The position numbers and the translations under genes were made by a program. Under the pieces are notes generated by a model, which did no database searches, was not told the origin of the DNA, and saw only the letters and a list, made by a program, of their open reading frames with translations. A DNA stretch of 64,000 bases from Lentisphaeria bacterium (lineage in GTDB: Bacteria; Verrucomicrobiota; Lentisphaeria; JABSQK01; JAWLHB01): the NCBI GenBank assembly GCA_041690595.1, contig JAWLHB010000041.1, positions 1-64,000 on the forward strand. Direction: 5' to 3'. Shown here piece by piece: positions 1 to 9,640 of the stretch; positions within the stretch are counted from its first letter, which is position 1; every line of letters begins with the position of its first letter.

Positions 1-98
1 CATAGCTAAGATTACGCCTATATTTTCATATTCAAGCCGAAACTGAAAAGAAATCGTGTGATCTATTATGGCGCCTCTGATGCCATTTTTAACACGCC

Positions 99-134
99 AA
101 GTCTGACAAGTCTGACAAGTCTGACGAGTCGGAC
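99..134. repeat. 9-bp tandem repeat (AAGTCTGAC x3 + GAGTCGGAC)
   Basis: Directly visible; each unit carries the palindromic heptamer GTCNGAC. Confidence 0.9.
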
Positions 135-170
135 GGCAATGGCAGGGCCGTTGGAAACGGCCCAAGTTCA

Positions 171-430
171 GGCCTGTGGAGGCTATGGGCAGTGACATTG
201 CGTTCACGTGGGAGAGGCAACGGCCTAGTCGCGGTTCGGAGAACCCCTCCCACATTGTCGGGCCTGTGGAGGCTAAGGGCAGTGACATTGCGTTCACGTG
301 GGAGAGGCAACGGCCTAGTCGCGGTTCGGAGAACCGCTCCTACATTTCGGGCCTGTGGAGGCTATGGGCAGTGGAATTGAGCTTACGCGGGGGGGATGAC
401 AGTGATCTCGTCGCGGCTCGGAGAGCCCTC
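171..430. repeat. ~90-bp tandem repeat (2 near-identical units + 1 diverged) containing GTAG/GTGG-type REP hairpins
   Basis: Units start GGCCTGTGGAGGCTA at 171, 261 and 350; the minus strand reads GT(A/G)GGAG(C/G)GGTTC-TCC-GAACCGCGAC. Confidence 0.85.
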
Positions 431-504
431 GTGTAACGGGGTAGGTGCCTGGGGGGATCAGAACGATCGGGAGGGGTGGCATTATAAAATTGTTGCATTT
501 CTCG

Positions 505-533
505 TTGACGGCATTTCCGGGTGCTCCTATATT
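505..533 (+). promoter_or_regulatory. Putative sigma70 promoter for the 604 gene
   Basis: TTGACG-17 bp-TATATT. Confidence 0.55.
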
Positions 534-603
534 GGGGAAAAGGTGGCTGCGGTCGCGCCACCACGTGCCTGGGGTTGTAACCGCATTCGGATGAGGGGAA
601 ACT

Positions 604-3600
604 ATGTGTAAGTATTTCTGGCTGTGTATCGTGCTGTCGGCATTGGCGAGTGGAGGCATGGCGGCGGAACCTGTCATCAGCGTCCTGCAGAAGGATGGGG
701 TGCCACTGATCCAGCCGGCGCCGCCGCCTCCGTATATCGAGGTGCTGGACGGGATTGGTCTGCGGGTGGATTTCAGCGCGGGAGTGGAACGGCAGCCGTT
801 GACGTGGGACAAGCTGAAGCAGTACAACCTGCTGGTGATGACGAATTTCATCAGCGGTCATGGCTCGCTTGCGTACGATGCGGAGCAACTGGCGGATCTG
901 CTGGATCGCTATCTGCAGGCGGGGGGCGCGATCCTGTATATCGGACAGGAGCAGATGGAGCAGTATACCCACGCGGATCAGGTGAATGCGTGGCTGCAGC
1001 GTTATGGCGCCCGGATTCCATGGGCGACGATCGACGACCCGGAGCACACCTATGACAACCCGCCACGGCTTCCCTTTCAGCGCAACGAGATCATCTGGAC
1101 CACCAATCTGGCCGATCATCCCGCCACGCGGGGGGCGGAGTCGCTTTTCCTCCGCAACAGCATCTTCTACAGTCCGTACCTGCGGCCACTGGAGCTTTCG
1201 GACGCGTGGACGGCGCTGGTGAGCAGCATGCCGTCGAGTACGGTAGTGCCGTTGACGCTGCCGAAGTCGGCGGGGATCGGGGAGCGCTTGACCGCGGAGG
1301 CGAAGCCGGGGCCAGCGCCGGTGCTGGCGGTGCGTGAGGTCGGCAAGGGGCGGCTGGCGATCTTCAGCTCCAATCCGGGGCCCTTCTGGTACGATCTGGG
1401 CAAGGCGGTTGGCGGCCAGGTCTGCGCTTCGCGCGGGGATGGCCAGCGGACGAGCGACTGGCTGCCCCTGCTGCGCAGTCTCAGCCTCTGGCTGACGGAG
1501 CCGGCGCGCGAGGCCGGGACTCCCGGTGGCGCCACGTCGAAGGTGGCGTTCAAGATTCTGCCAGACTGGGGCAGCAGGGAGGGGATCGACTGGGAGCGGC
1601 CGGAGATGTCGTGGCCCGATTCCGAGATCGACCGCCTCTGGCGGGTGCATTCGAGCTTCTGGACGACGCCGGACTGGCGGGAGATGCTGGCCGGGCACTT
1701 TTCTTCGTATAAGATCCTGGTGGGGGCCCGGACAGCGCTTTCGGGGGGCAAGGGGACGGTTGCCGAATGGGCGGCCGCCGCCAAGGCCGCCGGCTTCGAT
1801 GGTATTGCCTTTCGCGAGGAGATTCTGAAGCTGACGCAGGCGCAGTGGGAGGCTTTCGAGGAGGCATGCGTCGCGGCGAGTGACGACTCCTTCATCTGCC
1901 TGCCGGGCCAGCAGTTCGAGAGCTGGGAAGGGAATCGGTTCTACCGCTTCAACCGGCACATTCCGTGGCATGGTCCGGGGCGGCTGACCGAGGATGGCAG
2001 CGCCGTACGCGAGCAGCTGCACTTCTTCTTCGACGCCGGCTGGAACGCCAATTTCCCGCTGTCGATCCAGGAGAATCATGCGCCGTGGTGGAGTTATCGT
2101 GTGTACAACGGCGTGCCGGTGGCGATCTATCGGGATGGCAAGCAGGTCGAGGAAAACCTGGAGCCGTGGAAGGAGCTTGTCTATCGCGGGGAGTATCCGG
2201 CCCCGATGGCTTTCCACCTGCTGGATGACCCGGCGCAGGTGGCCGCCTCGGCGGATGGTTATCATCTGAGGATTTTGGCGCCCAGCATGGAGGACATCCG
2301 CACCAATCCGCGCTGGCAGCGGGGATCCATGGGGGTAGGGCATACCTACTGCACCGTGGCCTACCTTTCCAGCGGCCCGGAGATCCAGGCCTTCCAGCCC
2401 ATCAACGGTTTCCGCACCAGCCTGGGTGATCCGGGATTGCCGGGCACTTACCGGTATCGGATCTTCATCCGGGTGAAGAGCGACGCGCCCCTCGACCGCG
2501 TCGAGTTGTGGGCGGATGGACAGCTCCTGCGCAGCTACCGGCCGGAGGGGCATGAGTTCCTCAAGGAGGTCGACGACATTCACGACCGTCAGCGCGGCCT
2601 CTATCTGCGCGTCGTCGACACGGCCGGGGGGGAAGCGCTGGCGACCAGCTTCAACGTCCACGACAAGATGATGTATCTGCAATGGTGCGGGGATCACTGC
2701 AACATCCTTGGCGGCGGCACTGGGGTGGATACCGATGGCAATCCTCAGTCCTTCGGCGTGGGTACCCATGTGAAGCTGCGCTTTGGCCCGGGCGGCGGTC
2801 CGGGAGCCGCCAACGGCGAAGCGTGGAACTACATTCCCAACGGCACCGACACCTCCTCTCCGACGATCGGCCTGATGGCCCAGGTGGCCTTCACGGCCAC
2901 CGATGGTCAGCGGGTGCCGGAGAGCCGGTGGGATCTGATTCCCGATGTGCAGCAGTGGCACGGGAGCCGCAACCTGCGTATCCATCGCCACGATGTGCGC
3001 TGGCTGGGGGATCGCGAGAAGTACTTGAAGCCCGGGGTCTACGATTCCGGCTACTTCAGCGCCTGGGGAGCTTACTTTACCCTGGAGCCGTCGACACATT
3101 TCGACCTGGTGCATGATGACATCGACTTTCACCGCAACGGGGGACAGCCTTCCTTCCAGTTCTGCCGGGAGAGCTACACCTTCAAGGCGCCGCTCGAGCT
3201 GGGCAGCAGCCCGGCCATGAACCTGACAGTCGGGCGCTCGGTGTGGGATCCGTCGACCGGCGGCTTCTGGCTCTCGGACGGCACCCATCACCAGGCGAAC
3301 CTGGTGCGCACGCTCGGTCGGGGCGGCTACGTGACCTGGGAGCAGCCTCTGGGCAATGCCACGCTTTTCGCGCTGGATGATGCCTTCAGTATCAACATCC
3401 AGTGGAATGCCGCTAATGGGCGCCACTTTTTCTACTATGGCGCGGCGCTGGGGCAGCGCAGCTTCGCCGCCGGCGACAAGCTCGGCCTCAACTGGCTGAT
3501 CATGCGCTGGCCGGTCGGCATGCCGCGGGAAGCCGGGCTGGACGAGATCGTAAGTAAGCTGCTGCTGCGGGGCGAGGCGAGCAGCCTGCGGTTGCAGGCG

Positions 3601-4056
3601 CGGCAGGGCGCCTGCCGCCGTGCGCCCTTTGGGTTCGAGATCGAAACACGCGATCACGCCTTCCGGGGCTCCCTGGGCAAAGCGGAGCTGTCCATGAAGG
3701 TGCCGCTGATGGTACGCGGCCTGAATGCCAATTGGACCGCCGCGATCTGGCGGCCGGGCCAGCAGCTGCTGCCGCCACTGGCTCCCGACGCCGAGGGGGT
3801 CACCTGGGCGCTGATGGATCCGGCGACCGAGCATGGGGAGTTTTTCCTGGGGAATGTCCTGACCAGCAACCGCGACGACTTGCTGCTGCGTGTCATGGCG
3901 CGACATGATGGGAGCTGGCAGATTGTTGCGCACAATCCGACCGATCGCCGGCTGCGAGCCACGGTGGAGGGATCCGCGGGTGGGCCACTGGCCGGATTGA
4001 AACGCCGGGTCAATCTGGCTTCGGGCGAGGAGTTCATCTGGACAATCGCCCCCTGA
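604..4056 (+). CDS. Large secreted hypothetical protein with a degenerate PHP-like (CehA/McbA-type) domain
   Basis: 1150-aa ORF, GAGGGG RBS, signal peptide; VGARTALSGGKGTVAEWAAAAKAAGFDGIAFRE...F.CLPGQQ resembles PHP motifs without the His ligands. Confidence 0.7.
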   Translation: MCKYFWLCIVLSALASGGMAAEPVISVLQKDGVPLIQPAPPPPYIEVLDGIGLRVDFSAGVERQPLTWDKLKQYNLLVMTNFISGHGSLAYDAEQLADLLDRYLQAGGAILYIGQEQMEQYTHADQVNAWLQRYGARIPWATIDDPEHTYDNPPRLPFQRNEIIWTTNLADHPATRGAESLFLRNSIFYSPYLRPLELSDAWTALVSSMPSSTVVPLTLPKSAGIGERLTAEAKPGPAPVLAVREVGKGRLAIFSSNPGPFWYDLGKAVGGQVCASRGDGQRTSDWLPLLRSLSLWLTEPAREAGTPGGATSKVAFKILPDWGSREGIDWERPEMSWPDSEIDRLWRVHSSFWTTPDWREMLAGHFSSYKILVGARTALSGGKGTVAEWAAAAKAAGFDGIAFREEILKLTQAQWEAFEEACVAASDDSFICLPGQQFESWEGNRFYRFNRHIPWHGPGRLTEDGSAVREQLHFFFDAGWNANFPLSIQENHAPWWSYRVYNGVPVAIYRDGKQVEENLEPWKELVYRGEYPAPMAFHLLDDPAQVAASADGYHLRILAPSMEDIRTNPRWQRGSMGVGHTYCTVAYLSSGPEIQAFQPINGFRTSLGDPGLPGTYRYRIFIRVKSDAPLDRVELWADGQLLRSYRPEGHEFLKEVDDIHDRQRGLYLRVVDTAGGEALATSFNVHDKMMYLQWCGDHCNILGGGTGVDTDGNPQSFGVGTHVKLRFGPGGGPGAANGEAWNYIPNGTDTSSPTIGLMAQVAFTATDGQRVPESRWDLIPDVQQWHGSRNLRIHRHDVRWLGDREKYLKPGVYDSGYFSAWGAYFTLEPSTHFDLVHDDIDFHRNGGQPSFQFCRESYTFKAPLELGSSPAMNLTVGRSVWDPSTGGFWLSDGTHHQANLVRTLGRGGYVTWEQPLGNATLFALDDAFSINIQWNAANGRHFFYYGAALGQRSFAAGDKLGLNWLIMRWPVGMPREAGLDEIVSKLLLRGEASSLRLQARQGACRRAPFGFEIETRDHAFRGSLGKAELSMKVPLMVRGLNANWTAAIWRPGQQLLPPLAPDAEGVTWALMDPATEHGEFFLGNVLTSNRDDLLLRVMARHDGSWQIVAHNPTDRRLRATVEGSAGGPLAGLKRRVNLASGEEFIWTIAP

Positions 4057-4098
4057 CCTCTATTTTTATCGTTCACAATCAGATAAGGTATCCGACTC

Positions 4099-6027
4099 AT
4101 GAATGCCATCTCGACCATTGTCTGCTATCCCGGTCTGCTCCGGTTCGAGCACACGGAAGCGAATATTGACGACTTCATGGCTTCGCTGGCGAATGCCGGC
4201 GTCACGCACGTTCAGATCAACCATCTGCCGGACCTGATGCATCCGGAGCAGTTGAACCAGCCGGACAATGTTTACCTGTGGTTTGCCAATTTCGGGCCAC
4301 CGCTCGATCTTTTTGCGAGCAGCACGCTGAACCGGGGGCTTTATCCGGAAATGTATCTGGAGCGGAACCGGCGGTCGCTGGTGCGCTTTTCGCAGAGCGC
4401 GGTTCGTCACGGGCTCAAGCCGATGCTCTACCTGTGTGAGCCCCGCTTTGTTCCCGAACGCTTCTTCCTGCGGCATCCGACGCTGCGTGGACCGCGTGTC
4501 GACAACCCGAATGTGAGCAAGACGCCGCTCTATGCGCTCTGCACGGATCTGCCCGAGGTGCAGGCCCACTATCGGGAGATGATGGCGGCCGTCATGGAGG
4601 TAGCTCCCGAGGTGAGCATGGCCAGCATCTTCACCAGCGACAGTGGTGCCGGTTTCGACTACAATCCGGAGACCTACGCCGGCTCGAATGGGGCGGGTTT
4701 CAACAAGGGGATCCCCCTCGCCAAGCGCGCCGTCAACTTTCTCTCGATCCTTCTGGAGGAAGGGCAGCGCCATCAGCCGGACTTCACCGTCAACCTGACG
4801 AGCGGTTTCTCTCCCTCGGAACGGGCGCGGATTCTGGAGCAGTCGCCTCCCGGCATTGTCGGCTCGGTTTATGGTCTGTATGACTGGGAGGGGGGCCTTG
4901 AAGAGATGTGGGGCTACCACCAGGCGGTCTGGGGGGCGCCGAAGGCCAAGTGGAATGTGCGCACGCTCGATCGGGCAGCGGCTCGCCAGGATCGCTTCGA
5001 CGATATGAAGAACCGTTTCGACGTGGCCGCCAAAGGGAACCGCTCTCCCTTCCTGCACGCCGAGCTGCCGACGACCGACTATCCGCGGCCGCTGCGCTAC
5101 ACGCCTCACCCCTTCGAGACCATACGGATGGTGAAGGCGATCGCCGCCATTGGCGCCACGAGGATCGCTGCCTGGGGAGTGGTCAGCCCCAAGGAGCTGG
5201 TGCCCTTCGACGTGAACGCCGCCGCCATGCGCATCGTCAATGCCGACATCGATGCCGATCCGGAGGTCGTGGTCAGCAGGCTGGCGACGGAGTGTGTGGG
5301 GGCGGAGCTGGCGCCTGTTCTTGTCGAGGCCTGGCGCCGCTGCAACGACGCGTGGTGCGAGCGGCCGATGTGGAACCATGCCGGTCTCCCCAAGCAGGCC
5401 CTGCCCGGTCCGCTGGTACCGAACCTGCGCGCCCTGGAAGCCCAGGAGACGGCTTACTATCGCACGATCGGCCTGGAGGATATGGAACGCATTCAGGGTC
5501 TCGGCGCCTTTGTGCCTCATGAGGCAGACGAGCGGAACCGCGATTACGTCATCGACGAGTTGTACAACCGGAGGACGTTGCCGGGGCTGGAGAACGCGTG
5601 GCGGAGCCTCGATGGCGCCGCCGACGGGTGCAGCGATGCCGCGGCCGCGGCGCTTCTGCGCGATCAGGCCGAACACATTCGCTTCGGGTGGCTGAACCAG
5701 CGCTCCCACGCCAACTGGTACGAGGCCGGCCGTTACCTGGCCCCCGGCAATGAGCCGCGCTTTCAGCGTACCATGCAGCAGATTGTCGACGATGAACTGG
5801 AGGTGACCGCGGAGCTGATCGCCATGCTCGATGGGCGGCTGGACAAGTTCATGCGGGTTTACCTGAGCGATTTCATGACGTACGAATTGGGCCCCGGTTT
5901 TGTGGATCACCTGCGCTGCCGCATGGAGGTAATGCGCCGGCACCGGGACGACTCGCCGGTCAGTCTCAAGGGGTCCTTGAACAAGATGCATGTCTACCAG
6001 AAGTCTCTGGCGGAATACGACGCATAA
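4099..6027 (+). CDS. Hypothetical protein, possibly a glycoside-hydrolase-like TIM barrel
   Basis: 642-aa ORF with host-like codon usage inside the operon; no signal peptide; function not recognised. Confidence 0.65.
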   Translation: MNAISTIVCYPGLLRFEHTEANIDDFMASLANAGVTHVQINHLPDLMHPEQLNQPDNVYLWFANFGPPLDLFASSTLNRGLYPEMYLERNRRSLVRFSQSAVRHGLKPMLYLCEPRFVPERFFLRHPTLRGPRVDNPNVSKTPLYALCTDLPEVQAHYREMMAAVMEVAPEVSMASIFTSDSGAGFDYNPETYAGSNGAGFNKGIPLAKRAVNFLSILLEEGQRHQPDFTVNLTSGFSPSERARILEQSPPGIVGSVYGLYDWEGGLEEMWGYHQAVWGAPKAKWNVRTLDRAAARQDRFDDMKNRFDVAAKGNRSPFLHAELPTTDYPRPLRYTPHPFETIRMVKAIAAIGATRIAAWGVVSPKELVPFDVNAAAMRIVNADIDADPEVVVSRLATECVGAELAPVLVEAWRRCNDAWCERPMWNHAGLPKQALPGPLVPNLRALEAQETAYYRTIGLEDMERIQGLGAFVPHEADERNRDYVIDELYNRRTLPGLENAWRSLDGAADGCSDAAAAALLRDQAEHIRFGWLNQRSHANWYEAGRYLAPGNEPRFQRTMQQIVDDELEVTAELIAMLDGRLDKFMRVYLSDFMTYELGPGFVDHLRCRMEVMRRHRDDSPVSLKGSLNKMHVYQKSLAEYDA

Positions 6028-6073
6028 AGGGAGGCGGCCGCTTCCATCCAATGATAAAGGCATTCAGCACGCG

Positions 6074-8227
6074 ATGACGATACATTCTTCTGAGATCTTT
6101 GGCGCGGAGGTGCAGTACTTCCGTCTCGACCCGAAATACTGGGCTCCGGTTCTGGACCGCCTGGTGGAGGCTGGCCTGCGCAGCGTGACCACCTACGTCT
6201 CCTGGGACGTTCATCTGGTTGGCCCTCCTGACAGTGCCAATCCAGCCGGTGTTCTCGACTTCGAGGGGCGCACCAATCCGAGCCTCAACCTGCTGCGCTT
6301 CCTGGACATGGTGCACGAGCGGGAGCTGCTGCTGAACTTCCGCTGCGGCCCTTTCTGCTGCAATGAACTGAACTTCGGCGGCGAACCGAAGTTCCTCATC
6401 TGCGGCGACCCCGGCATGATGGTCTGGAACCACAAGGACGAGCCGTCGGGCGGCTATTGGATCACGCGACGCGAGGGGATGCAGCCGAGCTATCTCCATC
6501 CCGAGTATCTGACGTGGTGCCGCCGCTGGCTCGATGCAGCGGATGCGATCATTCGGCCGCGCCTGCGCTCCGCCGGCGGCTGCATCGACATGATCAATCT
6601 CGACAACGAGATCAGCTACATCTGCAAGGATGGCTTCCTGGACAGCGATTACAACCCCGTCAACGTACAGCCCGGGGGGTTCTGGCACCAGTTCCTGAGC
6701 GAGAAGTACGGTTCCGCCGCCAGCCTCCCCTATGCCGGGAGCTACACCGCCATCGATCAGGTGCCGCCGCCCCGCGAGGTGCCCGAATCGCTCTCGGACG
6801 ACATTGCGCGTCATCTCGACTGGGTGGAGTTCAAGGAGTGGGTCATGTGCCGCTACATCGGCGAGCTGCGGGCGATGCACGAGTCCAACGGGGTCAGTGA
6901 CGTCCTCTTCATGACCAACTTCAATCCTCATCTTCCCGAGGGTGTGCCGACCCGCATGCCCAGCTTCGAGAAGGCGGTTCAGGGGAAGGGCGGGCGCGGC
7001 ATCGTCGGCTACGACTTCTATCGCGGGACCTTCCTGAGCTGGTCGGGATACAGCTCCATGGCGCGAGTGCTGAAGCTCATGAATGCAAGCGTGGACTACA
7101 CGTGGTCGGCGGAGTTCATGTCGGGCACGTGGAACAAGATTCTGGGTAGCCGGGTAAGTGACGACCATATGCGGTTCATGGCGCGCTGCGCGCTGGCGCA
7201 TGGCTGCAAGAGCATCTCATGGTTCATGTTCCACGACCGCATGGTGTGGGGGGACGCTCCGGTTTCGTCCCATGGTCACGCTCGCCCGAGCCTCGATGTG
7301 CTGCGGGAGAGCCGCGCCTTGTGCGTGGAGGCGATTCCGCATTGGGACGACCTCGTCCCGCGGGGCGATTGCGCCATCATCTACGACATCGCCGCTCACC
7401 GCCACTGCTCCATCGGCGATCCGATGCCCTGCGCGGACAATTCGCTGCATGTGGGCGCTCCCCGCATCGGCGAGGTGCAGGCCGGCGAGGCGAGCCGCGA
7501 GTACACCGGCCTCTTCCGCGTCGTTGAGGCAGGCGGGTGCCAGGCCAATGCGGTCGATCCCGTGGCGCGTCCGGATGCCATCGGCGACTATCGGCTCCTC
7601 TTTCTGCCAGGCGGCGCACTTGTCTCCGCCGACGTTGCCGCCTGCCTCGATGGCTGGGTGCGCCAGGGTGGGGCGCTCGTCGTCAGTGGTGCCTGGCCAG
7701 CGCTGGACGATGCCGGCCGTCGGGTGGCGCTGTGCGGCCTCGTCGATCCCGCGGCGGGTACGCATCGGGTCGGCCAGGGGAGTGTTATCCGCAGTGGCTG
7801 GCTGGCCACGGAAGAGGCGGAGTTGGAATCGCTGGAGACGATCGCGCAGGTTCAGGAGTGGATCGGCGCTTTCGTGGGCGCGGCCCACGTCCGGCTGACG
7901 CCCACACAGCTGGTCACCTGGAAGGATTGGAAGCGTGGGGCGGGGGTCGACAATGCCGGCACCAAGGGAGGCGACGAGCTTGACCGTGTTGCCTGCACGG
8001 AACAGCCCCGCATCCATGCCAGTGCCGTGCTGCACGAGGGGGGCGGTTTCCCGGTCCTCTTTGTCCTCAATCATCATCCCGAGGCGGCGGAGTTCGAGGT
8101 CGCCTTTGGTGCGCTGCGGCCGGCGCAACTGCGATGCCTCGATTCCGGCAGGCTGATCCCGGTCAGCGCTGGGCGGGCCATCGTCGACATCGACCGCAAG
8201 TGCGGCGCCGTCTACGCGGTGGAATGA
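6074..8227 (+). CDS. GH35 beta-galactosidase-family glycosidase with a GH42-like C-terminal domain
   Basis: GAEVQYFRL..YW...L....EAG...VTTYVSWDVH N-terminus, acid/base LDNEI, nucleophile SAEFMSG; start placed at MTIHS. Confidence 0.8.
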   Translation: MTIHSSEIFGAEVQYFRLDPKYWAPVLDRLVEAGLRSVTTYVSWDVHLVGPPDSANPAGVLDFEGRTNPSLNLLRFLDMVHERELLLNFRCGPFCCNELNFGGEPKFLICGDPGMMVWNHKDEPSGGYWITRREGMQPSYLHPEYLTWCRRWLDAADAIIRPRLRSAGGCIDMINLDNEISYICKDGFLDSDYNPVNVQPGGFWHQFLSEKYGSAASLPYAGSYTAIDQVPPPREVPESLSDDIARHLDWVEFKEWVMCRYIGELRAMHESNGVSDVLFMTNFNPHLPEGVPTRMPSFEKAVQGKGGRGIVGYDFYRGTFLSWSGYSSMARVLKLMNASVDYTWSAEFMSGTWNKILGSRVSDDHMRFMARCALAHGCKSISWFMFHDRMVWGDAPVSSHGHARPSLDVLRESRALCVEAIPHWDDLVPRGDCAIIYDIAAHRHCSIGDPMPCADNSLHVGAPRIGEVQAGEASREYTGLFRVVEAGGCQANAVDPVARPDAIGDYRLLFLPGGALVSADVAACLDGWVRQGGALVVSGAWPALDDAGRRVALCGLVDPAAGTHRVGQGSVIRSGWLATEEAELESLETIAQVQEWIGAFVGAAHVRLTPTQLVTWKDWKRGAGVDNAGTKGGDELDRVACTEQPRIHASAVLHEGGGFPVLFVLNHHPEAAEFEVAFGALRPAQLRCLDSGRLIPVSAGRAIVDIDRKCGAVYAVE

Positions 8228-8283
8228 AGGAGTTTCGTTCCCTGGCTGAAGTTCGACGCTTCAGCCAGGGAGCGGTCAGTTCC

Positions 8284-9501
8284 TCAGGCGCCAGCGCCAG
8301 CCACTTCAGGAGTGGCTGCCTTTCGGCCGGACTTTATCTTGCCGATCAGGACTCCGACGAGCACCGCCGAAACGATGAAGAGCGGAATGCCGAGAAGCGG
8401 CCGATAGTAGATCCAGGCCACCGCGACCGTGGACAGGGAGAGTGGGAGAGCCACCAGCAGCGAGATGATGAAGACGCCTGCGCCCACGATGTTGCCAAGG
8501 AGCGGGATGACGTCCGCCAGGACTTCGAGCGGCTTCAGAAGCATGCTGATGCCGATCACCATCATGGCGAAGCCGAGGATGCGCAGCAACCAGGTTTTGG
8601 CCTTGTTCTCGCCCTCCATCTTCGCGAAGAACTCGTCCGGTCCAAGCATGCCGGCGCGCAACTGGAAGAGTGGATTGTTCTTCGTCTGGTAGGCCTGAAA
8701 GGTGTCGTCCTTCTGTTGGGCGAGGACAGTGACTGCGGATGGTTCGACCAAGGAAAAAGAGATGCGCATATCGCCGATCTGTTCACCGGCAGTGGTGCCT
8801 TCATTCACGATGGGGGTGGCTGAGGGGAGGCCTTTGATATAGATGGCATTGCCTTGCAGGCTGGCGCGGCTTCGCAGATCCTCGGGAAGCGCCGCGAGGT
8901 TGGTGCTGTCCAGCGAGATATCGGTCGCGCCGGGGATCTTTTCGATCAGCGTCGCAGGAAGGCGGAAGGCACCCAGGCTGACGTCTTTGGCAAACCACTT
9001 GTCGCTGCCGATGGTCATCGGCGGGTTCACTTTACCTTCCTGTCGTCCTCTTTCGTTAAACTTGCTGGAATCGACTGGGCTGGACCTCCACTCTCTGGTA
9101 TAGGTGTAATCCGTCTCTTTGGTTTCGCTTCCGCCCAGGTTTTTCTTCGTCCGCGTCTCAGTTTTCTCTACCCACTGATACATCTCCACCTTGCGCTCCA
9201 GGCGAATTCCCGTGGCGCTGACCTTCAGCAGCGGATCGGCCACCGTATCGGTTGTCTCGGCGGTGGCGCTCATCAGCACCAATTTGCCGTCGTTGTCCTT
9301 GTCTACCGAAGTCGCTTCCGCCGGCACGACGGCGCCCCGCCCCTCGCTGATGGTCCGGTACTGGCGAACGGAGCATCCTTCGTTCTTCCACAGCACCACA
9401 AAGGAGGCAAGGAAAATCGCGATCCCGATAACAATGCCCTTGATTGAATCCCCGATTCGTTGGAACCAGCCGGTACGTGATACTTCAGTGAAATCCGCCA
9501 T
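8284..9501 (-). CDS. TMEM43 (DUF1625) family membrane protein
   Basis: LWKNEG, L.RKVEMYQWVE, GD.RISF and AWIYYRPL motifs; 1 N-terminal and 3 C-terminal TM segments. Confidence 0.9.
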   Translation of the reverse strand: MADFTEVSRTGWFQRIGDSIKGIVIGIAIFLASFVVLWKNEGCSVRQYRTISEGRGAVVPAEATSVDKDNDGKLVLMSATAETTDTVADPLLKVSATGIRLERKVEMYQWVEKTETRTKKNLGGSETKETDYTYTREWRSSPVDSSKFNERGRQEGKVNPPMTIGSDKWFAKDVSLGAFRLPATLIEKIPGATDISLDSTNLAALPEDLRSRASLQGNAIYIKGLPSATPIVNEGTTAGEQIGDMRISFSLVEPSAVTVLAQQKDDTFQAYQTKNNPLFQLRAGMLGPDEFFAKMEGENKAKTWLLRILGFAMMVIGISMLLKPLEVLADVIPLLGNIVGAGVFIISLLVALPLSLSTVAVAWIYYRPLLGIPLFIVSAVLVGVLIGKIKSGRKAATPEVAGAGA

Positions 9502-9640
9502 CGCTCGTCATTCCTTGGTTGGGTGTCCTGGTTGCGCCTCAAAACGGTAGTGTATCCACGCATAGGTTGCTTGTCACGCGGAAAATGAAAGAAAAGTGAC
9601 AAAACGCGTGTGGGATCGCAGCGAGCCCGATCAGGATTCA

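Noticed and set aside
1..90. AT-rich stretch beginning with CAT, a possible start and promoter of a gene left of the window
   Set aside because: Cannot be evaluated without the flanking sequence
171..430. 90-bp repeats as CRISPR or as short ORFs (89-310, 176-436)
   Set aside because: The whole unit is duplicated with no spacer, and the ORFs are merely translations of the repeat
340..6063. Long minus-strand ORFs of 1197 aa and 665 aa, and similar antisense ORFs throughout the window
   Set aside because: Shadow frames of high-GC coding genes; they have no motifs and the opposite strands carry recognisable proteins with RBSs
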